Source: Flavobacteriales bacterium (GTDB lineage: Bacteria; Bacteroidota; Bacteroidia; NS11-12g; UBA955). From it: 64,000 nt of DNA. The notes under the pieces were generated by a model, which ran no database searches, was not told the origin of the DNA, and worked only from the letters and a program-made list of their open reading frames with translations. Location: contig CANMCY010000003.1 of NCBI GenBank assembly GCA_947496375.1, positions 11,568-75,567 on the forward strand, read 5' to 3'. Below are positions 46,615-56,323 of this stretch, in pieces. Position numbers and translations under genes: made by a program. Positions within the stretch are counted from its first letter, which is position 1. Each line of letters begins with the position of its first letter.

Positions 46615-47565
46615 CTACAATGACATTCTGTGGCAAATCTCATCTGCCAGAACCTGTGATATTTTTTGATAACTTTCGTAGCTCCAGCCGCCAATATGTG
46701 GGGAGAGAACGGTTCTCGAATGTTGAATTAACGGATCAAACCATGCATTTTCCATATCGGTAAATTGCTGAATCTGCTCCTTTTCCAGCACGTCTGCTGC
46801 AAAACCCGCGATATGGTTATTATGCAGGGCAGATAACACGTCTTTGGTATTCACCACTTCGCCGCGGCTAAGATTGAGAAGATAAAAAGGCATTTTGCAT
46901 GCGCGAATAAAGGCAGCGTCTACCAAGCATCGGGTTTCTTCAGTCAATGGGATATGCAAACTAATGATATCGGAATGCCGTTGAATGGCTTCCAAATCCA
47001 CCTCTTTTACTTGTTTATTTCCAAAATTTTGCTTATATTTATCGTAGGCAAGCACCGAAACGCCAAAACCCTGGAGTCTTTCAGCCACGGCAGTTCCGGT
47101 ATTTCCATATCCGATAATACCCACGGTCTTGCCTTTCAGCTCTGTGCCCCGGTTTTCTTCTCTGCGCCACAATCGCTTTCGGACCTCTGCATCAGCGCGG
47201 GCCAGGTTGTGCAATAGCGACAGCAGCATACCCAGGGTATGTTCTGCCACAGAATCCGCATTGGCAGCAGCGGCATTAAAAACGTCCACACCCAACCGTT
47301 TTGCTGCCTGAACATCAATATTATCCATGCCTGAGCCGCCCCTGGCTACCCATTTTAATTGTGTTGAAGCCATTAATAGTTCTTCATCCACCGGGGTTTT
47401 GGAGCGAATAACCAACCCTTGACAGCCCTGTTGCAATAACGCTATTATTTCGGCCCTATCGGCCATGGGAACATATAAAAAAGGAATGCCCACCTGTTCA
47501 AAACGCTCCATGAGCGAAGGGTGAAAATCGTCTGCAATTAAAACGGCATGGGAAATCGTATTCAC
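46615..47565 (-). CDS. NAD-dependent D-2-hydroxyacid / phosphoglycerate dehydrogenase family protein
   Basis: Rossmann motif GKTVGIIGYGNTGTAVAERL and catalytic-region SRGEVV...DVL..E...SPHIGG. Confidence 0.8.
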   Translation of the reverse strand: MNTISHAVLIADDFHPSLMERFEQVGIPFLYVPMADRAEIIALLQQGCQGLVIRSKTPVDEELLMASTQLKWVARGGSGMDNIDVQAAKRLGVDVFNAAAANADSVAEHTLGMLLSLLHNLARADAEVRKRLWRREENRGTELKGKTVGIIGYGNTGTAVAERLQGFGVSVLAYDKYKQNFGNKQVKEVDLEAIQRHSDIISLHIPLTEETRCLVDAAFIRACKMPFYLLNLSRGEVVNTKDVLSALHNNHIAGFAADVLEKEQIQQFTDMENAWFDPLIQHSRTVLSPHIGGWSYESYQKISQVLADEICHRMSL

Positions 47566-47576
47566 GCCTGATGGGG

Positions 47577-49082
47577 TTAAGAGAAGTAGCTTTTACGGTT
47601 TTTAAGCCATGTATTGCCGGAAGGTGTTACCCGGGAAGTTTCCACAGCAGATTTGGCTCCCTGGAAGAATGCCACTGCTGCCATGGCAGCTGCATTGCGT
47701 TCTGCTATGGACAAGGGTTCACCGGTTTGTTCTTCGGGGTTGAAGTTTTTGGCAATAAAGTGGGTGTCAAACTTCCCGGCCCTGAAATCGGGGTGATTGA
47801 GTACAAATTTTCCGAAGTCCAGTGTTGTTTCAATGCCGGTAATTCTATATTCATCGATAGCCCTGATAAGTCGTGCAATTGCGGTTTCACGGTCTTCACC
47901 CCATGCAATCAGCTTAGCAATCATATTGTCGTAGAATATGGGAATTTCCATGCCCGGCTCCATGCAATCGTCTACCCTGATTCCGGGCCCTTTGGGTATG
48001 GAATAATCGGTGAGTGTACCCACGCTGGGCAGGAAGTTATTGCGGGGATCTTCGGCGCATACCCTAAGTTCAATTGCATGACCGTTCATTTTCAGTTCAT
48101 CCTGACTGAAACCCAGGGGTAATCCTGAGGCAACCCTGATTTGTTCTTTGACCAGATCCAGCCCGGTAATGCACTCTGTCACCGGATGTTCTACCTGTAG
48201 GCGGGTATTCATTTCCAGGAAATAAAAATTTCCATCATCACCCAGTAAAAACTCTACGGTGCCGGCACCACTGTATTGGCAGGCTTTGGCCACATTCACG
48301 GCCGCTTCGCCCATTTTTTGGCGTAATTCCGGTGTGAGCACAGCACTGGGGGCTTCCTCTACCAGTTTTTGGTGGCGACGCTGTATGCTGCATTCACGTT
48401 CGAAAAGGTGACATACATTTCCATGGGTATCCGCCATAATCTGAAATTCGATGTGGCGAGGACCGCTTACATATTTTTCGATAAAAACACTATCATCGCC
48501 AAAGGCACTTTTGGCCTCACTGCGGGCAGTCTGCACGGCCTGGGCGAATTCATTTTCATCGTAAACCACCCGCATGCCTTTACCGCCGCCGCCGGCACTG
48601 GCTTTAACCAGCACAGGGAATCCCACCTGCTTTGCGATTTGCAATGCCGCTGTATCGTCAGTAATGGCGTCATTGATACCGGGTACCAGGGGAACACCAT
48701 ATTTTTCCACGGCCTGCTTACTGCGTATTTTATCCCCCATCATATCCATGCTTTCCGGGGATGGTCCAATCAGCGTAATCCCATTTTGGCGAAGCAACCG
48801 AGCAAAAGCGGCGTTTTCGCTTAGAAAACCATAACCCGGGTGCACTGCATCGGCACCGGTTTTCTTGATTACCTCCAATATGCGATCCTGGCGCAAATAG
48901 CTATCTGAAGAAGCGGCAGTACCTATGCAAAAGGCCTCATCTGCAAAACGAACGTGGATGGCATTTTTATCGGCTTCAGAATAAACAGCCACTGTGGGTA
49001 TACCCAGTTCTCTGCAGGTTCTCATAACCCTGATGGCTATTTCTCCGCGGTTGGCAATCAATATTTTTTTAAACAAACTCAT
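47577..49082 (-). CDS. accC: Biotin carboxylase (acetyl/acyl-CoA carboxylase subunit)
   Basis: MSLFKKILIANRGEIAIRVMRTCRELGI, ATP-grasp blocks GGGGKGMRVV, EMNTRLQVEHPVTE. It has a ~50-aa C-terminal extension compared with the size I recall for AccC, and no BCCP domain. Confidence 0.9.
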   Translation of the reverse strand: MSLFKKILIANRGEIAIRVMRTCRELGIPTVAVYSEADKNAIHVRFADEAFCIGTAASSDSYLRQDRILEVIKKTGADAVHPGYGFLSENAAFARLLRQNGITLIGPSPESMDMMGDKIRSKQAVEKYGVPLVPGINDAITDDTAALQIAKQVGFPVLVKASAGGGGKGMRVVYDENEFAQAVQTARSEAKSAFGDDSVFIEKYVSGPRHIEFQIMADTHGNVCHLFERECSIQRRHQKLVEEAPSAVLTPELRQKMGEAAVNVAKACQYSGAGTVEFLLGDDGNFYFLEMNTRLQVEHPVTECITGLDLVKEQIRVASGLPLGFSQDELKMNGHAIELRVCAEDPRNNFLPSVGTLTDYSIPKGPGIRVDDCMEPGMEIPIFYDNMIAKLIAWGEDRETAIARLIRAIDEYRITGIETTLDFGKFVLNHPDFRAGKFDTHFIAKNFNPEEQTGEPLSIAERNAAAMAAVAFFQGAKSAVETSRVTPSGNTWLKNRKSYFS

Positions 49083-49301
49083 TGTATTTCAGGCGTGTTC
49101 AGCATTGTCAATTTAACAAAATTCCACCATTCTTTTTTTCTCATCGGTATCTAAGTGGCCATCGGCTCCTGCAATGAGCAAACTTACATGAACGGGCGAT
49201 AGCGTAAAGATTTGTTGTTCATTAGAAATAAGGTGGCTGATGAAATCTAACATTTGAAAGTGGATTGTTTTACCTTCGCGAATGTAAAACAGAATTTCGG
49301 C

Positions 49302-49964
49302 ATGCAAAATGGTATTCAACGGTTTTGGATTTTGGTTCAGGGGGAAATTACAGCTGACCTTAAAAAACCATTTTTTATATCGGCAGCCATGCTTCAGCTG
49401 CTTACCATCGGCATGTTGTGTTATCTGGGTAATCCCAACATTCAGATAAAAACCTGGAACAGTCTGTTTTGGATAGCACTTATTTTTAGCACATTTCAAA
49501 CGATATCGCGAGGTTTTACGGGTATTTCACGAAACCGGTGGATTTATCTGAATCAGCTGGCATCACCCTTTTTAATTGTGATGTCTAAAATTGCATATCA
49601 TGGTTTGCAGATGGCGATATTCAGCACATTAAACTTATTGATATTTTCCTTATTGCTTGGGTATCCGGTACAGCATGGCCTGGTTTATATGACCGCCCTG
49701 ATGCTGACAGGACTGGGTATTTCAACCATATTTACCATGATATCTGCCATTGCCGGCAAAACCCATCAGCCGGGTGTTGTAGCCCCTGTACTATCCCTAC
49801 CTGTTATTTTGCCCATGATTCTGGTGGGTATGCAGGCCAGCCAGAAAGCGTTGCAGCCCATCCTGGTAAGCTCTGTATATAAAGATTTATGGCTGCTGGC
49901 AGCACTCAACTTTCTGGTTTTGGTACTATCGGGTATCCTTTTTACGCCGCTTTGGCGTGATTAA
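49302..49964 (+). CDS. CcmB-like (heme exporter B family) ABC-transporter permease
   Basis: Six TM helices. TWNSLFWIALIFSTFQTISRGF and the terminal LFTPLWRD resemble Bacteroidetes CcmB as I remember it. The start is placed at ATG 49302. No ccmA or ccmC is adjacent. Confidence 0.5.
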   Translation: MQNGIQRFWILVQGEITADLKKPFFISAAMLQLLTIGMLCYLGNPNIQIKTWNSLFWIALIFSTFQTISRGFTGISRNRWIYLNQLASPFLIVMSKIAYHGLQMAIFSTLNLLIFSLLLGYPVQHGLVYMTALMLTGLGISTIFTMISAIAGKTHQPGVVAPVLSLPVILPMILVGMQASQKALQPILVSSVYKDLWLLAALNFLVLVLSGILFTPLWRD

Positions 49965-49968
49965 CAGG

Positions 49969-52059
49969 TTATTTCAGCAAATCCTGCATCATCAGAATCG
50001 CCTGATCAAGCCATGCATCTTTGGCATACATCTTCAGCCATTCCTTGCGCTGGGCTTCGCGAACAGCATCACCTTTCACCGATTCCATATCAGCTGCAAG
50101 CGCATCTATTTTTCTTTCAATGGGCTTGTAAGCGCTGTCAGAATAAAGTTTTTCCTCGTCCTTCAATGCTTTTTGCTGTGCAGCATACTTTTTCAGGTTT
50201 AGACTCCAGATATAGCTATCACGCATGGCGGCCAGGCTTTTGGCCCGTTTCTGAACATTGCTAAAGTGGGCAGACGATGCGATTCTGGATTTGGCGGACT
50301 GCGCTGTAGCTTCAAATCTAGTGGCATGAGGCGCTGAATAAGCGGTGTAGGTTGCCGGCTTAATTTTATCATAAGCCAAATGATGTTTCATTTCCCTTTC
50401 TCCCTGAGGGATTCCGTCATAAATATCCGGAATAATCACATCCGGTGTTACTCCATTCAATTGGGTGGTACCCCCATTGATCCGATAAAATTTCTGTATG
50501 GTTACCTTCAGCTGTCCGAACCCTTTGGGGAAATCTGATGAGCTTCCGCCGCCAATGGGCACAAAGGTCTGTACAGTGCCTTTTCCAAAGGTACTTTTTG
50601 AGCCCACAATAAGGGCACGTTTATAATCCTGCATGGCTGCAGCCAGAATCTCGCTGGCAGAGGCGCTGTAGGCGTTTGTGAGTATCAGCAATGGACCGTC
50701 ATATACAATGTTAGGATCGGGGTCGCCGGGTGCATCTACCATTCCCCTGGGTTCGCGCACCTGCACTATGGGTCCTTCCTTGATAAACAAACCGCCCATA
50801 TCAATGGCATCTGCCAAAGAACCACCTCCATTATTGCGCAGGTCCAGCATAATTCCCTGAGCACCGGCATCCTGCAACCTCAACAACTCCATATACACAT
50901 CCTGTGAGGAGTGACGGCCCCTACCCTTTTCACTAAAGTCTGCATAAAAACTCGGCAGCTGAATAATACCTATCTTTTTACCTTCAAACTCAATGATGGC
51001 GCTGCGAGCATAACTCTCTTCTATCACCACCACTTCACGTATAATGGGTATAATCTTGATGCTTCCATCGGGTTTTTTCACGGTCAGGCGCACCTCTGTT
51101 CCTTTTTTGCCCCGAATGAGCTGTATGGCATCATCCAGTTTCATATCCACCACATCCACGGGCTCGGCGGAGCCCTGTGCTACTTTAATGATAAGGTCTC
51201 CGGCTTTCAATTCACCCTGCCTGTAGCTGGCACTGCCGGGCACTATTCTTTCAACTTTTATATAACCATCGCGTTCTGTGAGTGTAGCACCAATCCCTTC
51301 CAGCTTGCCGGTCATGCTGATATCAAAATTGGCCTTATCCTCCGGTGGATAGTAGTTGGTGTGCGGATCATACAATTCCGTGATGGCGTTTACAAAAAAA
51401 GAAATCTTATCACGCTTATCCATCTTACGCCAGCGTTTAAACCAGTCAGTACAGAACTTACGCGTCTCTTGCCTTGCTTTTAACTCAAGGGTATCAAAAG
51501 GTTTATTGGCGGTTTGAGCAGAATCTTTCGCGATACGGGCGGCCTCTTGTTTGCGATAGAGCCGATCTACCGTCTGGTACTGCAGCCAGAGTGTCCAATC
51601 ATCTTTCAGAGAGTTAACATTGGGCTGGTATTTTTCTGTGTTTTCACGAACGGTGTAGGTTCCGCTATTTTCATAATTAAAGGGCTTGTCCAGGGTCTTA
51701 TTGAAATGTTCCTCCAAAATAACCAATCGGTTCATCAATGTATTCCAGGCAGAATCGAAGAAATCGAATCGCCCGGCTTTTATCTGATCGTCCAGCGAAT
51801 ACTCGTATTTCTGCAATTTTTTGATGTCTTCCTGGGTGAAAAAATGCTTATCATCATCCAATTTCTCCAAGACATTATCATACAATTTTTTAGAAAAATC
51901 GTCATTTATTTTAACAGGAGCATAGTGTTTTTCTGACAATATGCCGGTAACCCTTACCAGCAAAGAATCTCCGGCGGTAAATTTTTTATTGCTGCAAAAA
52001 ACCAGCAATGTCAGGGCAGTACCTACGGTGAAAAAGGAAATCCAGGATTTTATTCTCAT
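49969..52059 (-). CDS. S41-family carboxy-terminal processing (tail-specific) protease
   Basis: PDZ region (GDLIIKV) and the S41 catalytic blocks LDLRNNGGGSLADAI and NAYSASASEILAAAMQDY..ALIVG. Confidence 0.9.
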   Translation of the reverse strand: MRIKSWISFFTVGTALTLLVFCSNKKFTAGDSLLVRVTGILSEKHYAPVKINDDFSKKLYDNVLEKLDDDKHFFTQEDIKKLQKYEYSLDDQIKAGRFDFFDSAWNTLMNRLVILEEHFNKTLDKPFNYENSGTYTVRENTEKYQPNVNSLKDDWTLWLQYQTVDRLYRKQEAARIAKDSAQTANKPFDTLELKARQETRKFCTDWFKRWRKMDKRDKISFFVNAITELYDPHTNYYPPEDKANFDISMTGKLEGIGATLTERDGYIKVERIVPGSASYRQGELKAGDLIIKVAQGSAEPVDVVDMKLDDAIQLIRGKKGTEVRLTVKKPDGSIKIIPIIREVVVIEESYARSAIIEFEGKKIGIIQLPSFYADFSEKGRGRHSSQDVYMELLRLQDAGAQGIMLDLRNNGGGSLADAIDMGGLFIKEGPIVQVREPRGMVDAPGDPDPNIVYDGPLLILTNAYSASASEILAAAMQDYKRALIVGSKSTFGKGTVQTFVPIGGGSSSDFPKGFGQLKVTIQKFYRINGGTTQLNGVTPDVIIPDIYDGIPQGEREMKHHLAYDKIKPATYTAYSAPHATRFEATAQSAKSRIASSAHFSNVQKRAKSLAAMRDSYIWSLNLKKYAAQQKALKDEEKLYSDSAYKPIERKIDALAADMESVKGDAVREAQRKEWLKMYAKDAWLDQAILMMQDLLK

Positions 52060-52071
52060 TAAATTAGTTTG

Positions 52072-53835
52072 TTACTTTTTGTTTAGGCCCAATACATTAA
52101 CTCCCTGCTCGAATATCAGATCTACCGGTATTCCTGCTTTTTCAATACTCACCAAATCTGCTTTCAGGGTTTCGGATATAACGGCGCGGGTGCTCAACAT
52201 ATTGGATACACCGGCTTTATTTCCATCGCCTTGCAAGGTCAGTAACTCGGCGGCCAGATTGCTGATTATCTTTTTCATTTCGGGCACATTCACGAGGTAT
52301 TTGCCATTCTTTTGACGAGAAACAGCACCTTTGGAGAGCAAGGTATTGAAGATTATCATGTTGGCTTTGCCATGGGCGCTGGCAGCGCCAAAACGCACAC
52401 TGCGGAAGGTTCCGGCCACAAAAGTCACATAGAAATCATCGATATTGCCGGTCAGTTCGCCTGTTTCCAGCAGTTTGGTGACCATATACAACCCCAAAAC
52501 ATCTGCTTTACATTCTTCAATGGGTGAAAAATCTGCCCCCAGGGCCTCTCTGACAGTTGCTTTCCCATCTACTGTGTTCTTTACACCCAAACCATGGGCA
52601 ACCTCATGAAACATGACATTGTTGAAAAATGCATCGAAGTTCACTTTTGTCGCCTGCGTTTCAACCAGCATTAAACCGGCAATGGGTTTTACCATATTGT
52701 CAAATTTGGCCTGCATCACATTTTTCAACTGAGAGCGCCGTGTGCCATATTCCTGTTGCAACTTCTCATCATTGGGCAAATTCACGGCAATGGTTTTACT
52801 GCCTGCATTGTTGTGGCCTGCATAATAAATCACATCAAACACGGCGAGTGAGCTTCCGGGTTTGGGACCGTCGGGCGCTCCAGGGAGGGGTGCCTCTATC
52901 ACCACCATCGCGTCTGCATTACCTGCAGGCATGGATGACTGGGGTGAATTCATGGCCAGCGTTGGCTTATAGGCGGCATCTACCGGCAAACTTTGCTGAA
53001 GGGAAGGCAACAGAGAAACATACTTTTCCAGTTTCTGCGTCCAGGTCATATCCCTAACCATTACATAGGATTCAAATGCTGTTCTAATTCCCTGAAATTC
53101 ATCTTCATAATTTTCAATTGGGCCAATGATGATATCCAGACGGTTATTTAGTAAACCCAACCAGTGAATATCACTGCTATTGTATTCACCCTGCATTAAA
53201 CCATTGCATCGCTCAATCAAAAAATTGGCAAACCGCTCATCTTCCTGGCGAATGGTATTGGCTGCCAGGGAAAGGTGTTTCACCATTTCAATCATGTTTT
53301 CCCGATAAGCAGTATGGTAGGGCTCTGAAAATAATTTTCCAGATTCATCGCGCTTAACCACGCTGTAGGGATTATTCTTCTGAGGATTGTTCCATTGATC
53401 CCATTCTGCCTGGGTAATATTGGCCGGATAAAAACCGGCACCTTTGGGCTTTTCGCCCATGCCCTGCACAAAGGGTACATTATTATTGAGGCGGTCCCAA
53501 GGACCATAATTGAGTTCAATAAATCGCTTAAGGGTATCGTTTTTAACGCGATCAAGCAGCAGTTTTTTATCGCCCCATGCCTGTTGCCAGAATATTTCAT
53601 CTGCCACTTTGGCGGCATCAATCAGATGACGCAGGGTTTGTTTTTCAACCTCTGACAGGGAAGAGAGATCGGTGGTTAAGGGCAACGTTTTGTAAGATGC
53701 CAGGTTGCCGGCTACGGGGTAGCCTTTAACCGGAACAAGCAGCGAAACCGGAGACTTACCGTTATTGCTCTTTTGAGCCCATGCACCAAGGGTAAAAAAA
53801 GCTACCGATAAAAGGAGAAAACTGTTTTTCATCAT
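52072..53835 (-). CDS. Secreted zinc metallopeptidase, DPP-III (M49)-like
   Basis: Signal peptide MMKNSFLLLSVAFFTLGAWAQ. The zinc site is FHEVAHGLG with a second motif IEECKADVLG. The start is placed at ATG 53835. It ends 12 nt upstream of the S41 gene start, so an operon is likely. Confidence 0.7.
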   Translation of the reverse strand: MMKNSFLLLSVAFFTLGAWAQKSNNGKSPVSLLVPVKGYPVAGNLASYKTLPLTTDLSSLSEVEKQTLRHLIDAAKVADEIFWQQAWGDKKLLLDRVKNDTLKRFIELNYGPWDRLNNNVPFVQGMGEKPKGAGFYPANITQAEWDQWNNPQKNNPYSVVKRDESGKLFSEPYHTAYRENMIEMVKHLSLAANTIRQEDERFANFLIERCNGLMQGEYNSSDIHWLGLLNNRLDIIIGPIENYEDEFQGIRTAFESYVMVRDMTWTQKLEKYVSLLPSLQQSLPVDAAYKPTLAMNSPQSSMPAGNADAMVVIEAPLPGAPDGPKPGSSLAVFDVIYYAGHNNAGSKTIAVNLPNDEKLQQEYGTRRSQLKNVMQAKFDNMVKPIAGLMLVETQATKVNFDAFFNNVMFHEVAHGLGVKNTVDGKATVREALGADFSPIEECKADVLGLYMVTKLLETGELTGNIDDFYVTFVAGTFRSVRFGAASAHGKANMIIFNTLLSKGAVSRQKNGKYLVNVPEMKKIISNLAAELLTLQGDGNKAGVSNMLSTRAVISETLKADLVSIEKAGIPVDLIFEQGVNVLGLNKK

Positions 53836-53944
53836 CAATGAACTTTCAAATATCGTGCAAATTATTGCGGTTCGAAATCCCGTCTGCATTTTTTGGTTAA
53901 TTGGGTATATTTATTCTATAAAAACCAATAAGCAGCAGTTTTGT

Positions 53945-53952
53945 TAGCTTTG
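53945..53952 (+). promoter_or_regulatory. Candidate -7 promoter box TAGCTTTG
   Basis: Exact TAnnTTTG match, 4 nt upstream of the ATG at 53957. Confidence 0.35.
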
Positions 53953-53956
53953 CGGT

Positions 53957-54955
53957 ATGCCGTTTATTTGCTTTACATTGGCTGCAGCCTGTAAACATTC
54001 CGACAACACAGCGGAACCTGTTTTAGGCCTGAGAGCTAATCATATCAAGCAACAGGACGGTTATCCAGAATTATACATTCCGGAATTCAGCAACCCTACC
54101 GGTAAATATGTATCTCGCCTTTTACTGAGCATTTTCAATGCTTTTTTGAAAAAAGGGAGTCTGGTATTTGCAGGAAATCCCTGCACACCCGGTATGTCGG
54201 TATTAGAGGAAAACCAATTTACCGCAGGACAATCCTTCCTATTACAACCCGGAATTCAAACCGTGGTATGTAACTTTTGGGGAACCCCCAAACCCGATGA
54301 TGGGATTGTATTTCCGGCAGAACCTTACATGCTGCTTGTTTTGAAAAAAGAGTGGAAAAATCTTGAAGATTACAAGCAGGCCATGCACAGCAAATACAGG
54401 ATTAGGGTTAATAAGGCCCTACAGTGCAGCGAACATCTCAAAACGGTATGGCAGGATGGGGATGGCCTTTCAGAACACCAAATTGACTGTATGGCAAAAC
54501 TCCTTGCTGACACCCTGGCCAACAAAACGCTGGCCCTGCCACCGGATTTAAAAGGGCTGATCAGGGGATTTTGTAAAACCTATGGGAATCGCTATCAGAC
54601 AGTATTTTGCCTGGATGAAAACGATCAAATTGTAGGGTTTCTCAGTGCTGTAAAGGCAGGAGAAACGGTATTTGCCATGCATATTGGTTACGACGCAGAA
54701 AAAGCTAAAAACTGGCATTTATACCAGAGACTCATGCTTGATTTAATTGCAAAAAATGTAGGTACGGATATTTTACAGATTCAATTGGGACGAACGGCTA
54801 CCGAAATCAAAAGTACACTGGGAGCCGAACCCATGCCAAACAGCATTGTGATATTTACTAACCGCATCTATCTGAAGTTTGTGTTAAAATTTTACCGGAA
54901 ATATTTCTTTAAACCCAAATCCTACGTGCTTCGCAGGCCATTTCGGGCAGTTTAA
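53957..54955 (+). CDS. Hypothetical protein, possibly GNAT/FemAB-like acyltransferase fold
   Basis: C-terminal half (VGFLSAVKAGETVFAMHIGYDAEKAKNWHLYQRLMLDLI...LGRTATEIKSTLGAEP) resembles Acetyltransf_6-type proteins from memory. This is a weak assignment. Confidence 0.45.
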   Translation: MPFICFTLAAACKHSDNTAEPVLGLRANHIKQQDGYPELYIPEFSNPTGKYVSRLLLSIFNAFLKKGSLVFAGNPCTPGMSVLEENQFTAGQSFLLQPGIQTVVCNFWGTPKPDDGIVFPAEPYMLLVLKKEWKNLEDYKQAMHSKYRIRVNKALQCSEHLKTVWQDGDGLSEHQIDCMAKLLADTLANKTLALPPDLKGLIRGFCKTYGNRYQTVFCLDENDQIVGFLSAVKAGETVFAMHIGYDAEKAKNWHLYQRLMLDLIAKNVGTDILQIQLGRTATEIKSTLGAEPMPNSIVIFTNRIYLKFVLKFYRKYFFKPKSYVLRRPFRAV

Positions 54956-54980
54956 AACCCGGTATTCCGTTCTGTTTTAC

Positions 54981-54988
54981 TACATTTG
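54981..54988 (+). promoter_or_regulatory. Candidate -7 promoter box TACATTTG
   Basis: Exact TAnnTTTG match, 5 nt upstream of the ATG at 54994. Confidence 0.35.
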
Positions 54989-54993
54989 CCAAT

Positions 54994-56178
54994 ATGAGAA
55001 TAACCTCGCTGACATGGCTGTTTTTTTCTTTTACAGCCCTTTTCGCTCAACAGACTGTCACCAATAAATCCGGCAGTAAATATACCTTCAAATACGTGTA
55101 TGATTTGGCCGGTACGGAAGTAAAAGATCAGTGTAAAACAGCTACTTGCTGGAGTTTCAGCACGCTGAGCATGCTGGAAAGTGAGTTGCTGAGGACCGGC
55201 AAAGGCAAACATGACCTCAGTGAAATGTATGTTGTACGCTGGGGCTACGTTGAAAAAGCCATCAACTATATACGGATGAATGGTAAATGCAATTTTGAAC
55301 AAGGCGGCGAAGGCCACGACATACCCTACATCATTGGCAAATACGGCATTGTACCGGAAGAAGTATACACCGGCCTGGAATACGGTCAAAGCCGCCACAA
55401 CCATGATGAGATGCTCGCTCTGTTGCAGGGCATGATGGAAAAACTCAAAAACAATCCCGGCGGCACCTACAGTAAAGTATGGATAAAGGCCGTAGAAGGT
55501 GTGCTGGATGCCTATCTGGGCAAAGTGCCTCAAAAGTTCCAGTATAACGGAAAAGAATACACGCCACAGACTTTTGCCGCATCGCTGGGATTGAATATGA
55601 ATGACTATGTGGCAATGACCAGCTTCACCCATCATCCTTATTACAAGCCCTTTACCATTGAAGTTCCCGACAACTGGAGCATGCAGCAGGCATGGAATAT
55701 CACGCTGGACGACCTGACCCAGGCCACAGTAGAGGCACTGAAAAACGGATACACGGTAGCATGGGCTGCAGACGTGAGTGAAAAAGGGTTTTCTTTCCGG
55801 GATGGTTTGGGTATCGTGCCGGTGAATGATACGCTGGTTAAGAAAAAGGGGGATGATTCACGGTTTTTCAACGATGCAGGTGCTGTGCGCAGCGGATCTG
55901 CCTTCGATCAGCCCTATGCCGAAAAACCCATCACCCCGGAATTGCGACAGGATGAGTTTGACCGACAATTAACCACAGATGATCATGGCATGCACATTAC
56001 CGGCCTGCTGACCGACCAGAACGGAACACGATATTTCAAGGTTAAGAACAGCTGGGGCAGCGCTAACTACTGTGGTGGTTATTTGTATGTGAGCGAGGCC
56101 TATTTTCGGCTCAAGACCATTTCGGTTATGCTGCACAAAAACGGGTTGAACTCATCGCTGAAAGCCCGATTGTTTTAG
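54994..56178 (+). CDS. pepC: C1-family cysteine aminopeptidase (aminopeptidase C / bleomycin hydrolase-like), secreted form
   Basis: Signal peptide. The catalytic Cys block is DQCKTATCWSFSTLSMLESE. The C-terminal His/Asn region is DDHGMHITG...KVKNSWG. Confidence 0.85.
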   Translation: MRITSLTWLFFSFTALFAQQTVTNKSGSKYTFKYVYDLAGTEVKDQCKTATCWSFSTLSMLESELLRTGKGKHDLSEMYVVRWGYVEKAINYIRMNGKCNFEQGGEGHDIPYIIGKYGIVPEEVYTGLEYGQSRHNHDEMLALLQGMMEKLKNNPGGTYSKVWIKAVEGVLDAYLGKVPQKFQYNGKEYTPQTFAASLGLNMNDYVAMTSFTHHPYYKPFTIEVPDNWSMQQAWNITLDDLTQATVEALKNGYTVAWAADVSEKGFSFRDGLGIVPVNDTLVKKKGDDSRFFNDAGAVRSGSAFDQPYAEKPITPELRQDEFDRQLTTDDHGMHITGLLTDQNGTRYFKVKNSWGSANYCGGYLYVSEAYFRLKTISVMLHKNGLNSSLKARLF

Positions 56179-56323
56179 TGGTTTTTAAAATCAGCATGAA
56201 CAGGTGATTCTGATGCCAACCACTTTAATATACTCAATTTTTACAAATTATAGATTTTACGTCAACATTGACATTTTTCAGGTCTGATAAAATGCAATGG
56301 AAGGTTTTATCGTTAAGGTTATT

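Noticed and set aside
49113-49499. 128-aa minus-strand ORF. Its last 46 codons (49113-49253, MLDFISHLISNEQQIFTLSPVHVSLLIAGADGHLDTDEKKRMVEFC) faintly resemble a TerB-like ADG...E motif.
   Set aside because: The upstream two-thirds overlap the CcmB-like gene region and have no coding character. The 46-aa tail is too short for a TerB domain and stops before accC. It could be a gene remnant or a small protein, but I cannot support either from the sequence alone.
54952-55635. 227-aa ORF antisense to pepC, and similar long antisense ORFs (38687-39373, 41909-42559, 37014-37526, 47571-48122, 50911-51483, 43225-43785, 37637-38134)
   Set aside because: Each lies entirely inside a gene whose product has clear family motifs on the other strand. 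Their translations are low-complexity or Cys/His/Phe-rich with no motifs. These are typical shadow ORFs.
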